NCBI GenBank assembly: GCA_905236845.1
Contig: CAJOQM010000040.1
Coordinates: 28,050 to 92,049, forward strand
Source of the DNA: an uncultured Lachnospiraceae bacterium
GTDB lineage: Bacteria > Bacillota > Clostridia > Lachnospirales > Lachnospiraceae
DNA: 64,000 nt
Direction: 5' to 3'
Shown in pieces: positions 62,605 through 64,000 of this stretch (positions are counted from its first letter, which is position 1; each line of letters opens with the position of its first letter). The position numbers and the translations under genes were made by a program. The notes beneath the pieces were generated by a model. It was given only the letters and a program-made list of their open reading frames with translations. It did no database searches and was not told the DNA's origin.

Positions 62605-64000
62605 TTAAAATGCAAAGGGTATAACCCACATTATTAATAATATCACAAATTCGGCAATTCCTAAAGCCATTGCATATTTTGCAGCCCGCAAAACCCCTCT
62701 TCTGTTTTCGGGAGTCTTTTCGGATTCGGGCATTACAAAAAGGGAATCGAAGGCAGTTTCCTGCTTTACGGTTCCTTTTGCAAAGAACGAGACTCCCACC
62801 ATAAACAGAACATTTACTACCATTCCCACAAAAGCATGGTCAAACCATACGGGAAGAGATGCGCCGGATATGGCGGTATATAGGCGGATGGTAAAGCAGG
62901 TCACAAAGCCCGAAAGCATACCGGCAAAAGCTGCCTGGGGGGAAATCTTCTTAAAGAAAATGCTTGCTATAACCACAGGCATCCAGGACGCCGCAACTAT
63001 AGCCCCTCCAAAGAGCATTATCCAAAAAAGCGCCGGTGGATTAATTATACAAAAAGCCAATACCGCAAGGGATGTAATTATCATTGTAATCTGCCCTACT
63101 CTAATAGGATTCTTACTCTTCTTTCCAACTATATCGTTGGAGAAAGTGGCTCCTATAAGGGAAAGAAAAGTTGTCGCAGATGATATACCCGCAGCAAGAA
63201 CTCCGGTAAGCAGGATTACCCCAAGGATCTTCGGCATCATATTCATAGCCGCCCAGATAAGTACCTTGGATGAATCCTCTAAATTAGGATTAACAAGATT
63301 CACAAATACGCAAATTATGGCAACGATAAATTCTATAAGAAATATTCCCAAAGCTGCAGGCACACAGGAAGAAACAACGGTCCTTTCATCCTTTGCCATA
63401 AGGTAACGGCTCGACTGCCAGGGTCCTACCATGGCAACGCTCATCCAGACAATACCGTTTATAAAGCCCCAGATAATGCTTTGGATGCTGCTTCCCGCAA
63501 GGACGCCAACGACTCCTTCCCAGGAAAGATAATTGTGTAGCGTAGGGCTCTTGGAAATAGTTTCTATGGATGTAAACCATCCGCCTGTCTTCGCAGCGAT
63601 AAAACAAGCTCCAATTATAAGAGCTATGGTAAAAAACGAAGCCATTATGGTATCCGTTATCAAGACGCCGCTTGAGCCTGCAATAACTGTTATAAATGTA
63701 AAGACTATCATTGCAATGAAAATACAAAGATTATAGTCAAGCTCAGTTACTGCGCTCATAAGAGTTCCTATGCCCTGCATTACGGATATAAGATAAACAA
63801 ACATCATAATCAAAGCCGTAACGGTCGCCAGATTCTTAAGAGCCTTTGAGCCAAATCTTTTTTCGAAGAATTCGGGAATCGTCATTACTCCGGATCGCCT
63901 TAAATATCTTCCGAAAAAAACGCTTCCGAATATGTAGCCCGTTGAAGCCATAAGGCCACAGATAATAAGTCCGTTAAATCCGCCTTCGTAAAAGCATCCC
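62605..64000 (-). CDS. Sodium:solute symporter family (SSF) transporter, N-terminus outside window
   Basis: The frame stays open upstream of M63951 to the window edge. It is polytopic, with SSF-like segments (GSSGVLITD, GPWQSSRYLMAKDE, GISSATTFLSL). Confidence 0.8.
   Translation of the reverse strand, partial: GCFYEGGFNGLIICGLMASTGYIFGSVFFGRYLRRSGVMTIPEFFEKRFGSKALKNLATVTALIMMFVYLISVMQGIGTLMSAVTELDYNLCIFIAMIVFTFITVIAGSSGVLITDTIMASFFTIALIIGACFIAAKTGGWFTSIETISKSPTLHNYLSWEGVVGVLAGSSIQSIIWGFINGIVWMSVAMVGPWQSSRYLMAKDERTVVSSCVPAALGIFLIEFIVAIICVFVNLVNPNLEDSSKVLIWAAMNMMPKILGVILLTGVLAAGISSATTFLSLIGATFSNDIVGKKSKNPIRVGQITMIITSLAVLAFCIINPPALFWIMLFGGAIVAASWMPVVIASIFFKKISPQAAFAGMLSGFVTCFTIRLYTAISGASLPVWFDHAFVGMVVNVLFMVGVSFFAKGTVKQETAFDSLFVMPESEKTPENRRGVLRAAKYAMALGIAEFVILLIMWVIPFAF

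Noticed and set aside
1-64000. CRISPR arrays, rRNA genes, prophage or known defence-system gene sets
   Set aside because: I saw no regularly spaced repeats, rRNA-like sequence, phage structural genes, reverse transcriptase, or nuclease/ATPase pairs typical of defence systems. The only tandem array found is the LexA operator set.

Overview
This is a 64-kb chromosomal segment from a low-GC Gram-positive anaerobe. Gene order and protein sequences suggest Clostridia, possibly Lachnospiraceae, but that is inference only. Most genes are tightly packed + strand housekeeping operons. In order they are: an ABC exporter 3' end, c-di-GMP genes and mgtE, GT2-rbgA-rnhB-ylqG/ylqH-like, an HD-GYP/REC protein, an Ldh_2 oxidoreductase, an EAL protein plus a 7TM protein, tRNA-Thr, a four-gene operon of unknown function, coaBC and tRNA-Pro. 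These are followed by marR-degV on the minus strand, a GGDEF gene and ligA, mutS-mutL-miaA-ynbB-like, mreBCD-PBP2-minCDE-rodA-dac, a small ATPase plus an HlyD-like protein with yggS-sepF-aroB-lspA, and rluD. An accessory patch at about 54.0-61.1 kb holds a tyrosine recombinase, an atypical short flagellin homologue, a sulfotransferase-fold gene, hydF, an AT-rich Fic gene and an internally deleted IS30-family element. After it come the yneA-like/lexA SOS module and an ACP plus a sodium:solute symporter running off the window edge. I saw no rRNA, CRISPR array or prophage. The best candidates for something undescribed are three. (1) The translationally coupled four-gene operon at 17991-24892: a 1210-aa beta-sandwich plus helical-repeat scaffold, a catalytically degenerate Hsp70/actin-fold protein, a TPR-like protein and a two-TM coiled-coil protein. 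(2) A 268-bp MITE-like, highly structured element with a 9-bp target-site-like duplication, inserted exactly at the stop codon of the dac gene (47176-47461). (3) A mini P-loop NTPase plus membrane-anchored HlyD-like pair embedded in the cell-wall and division cluster. All functional calls rest on motifs read by eye. No database search was run.
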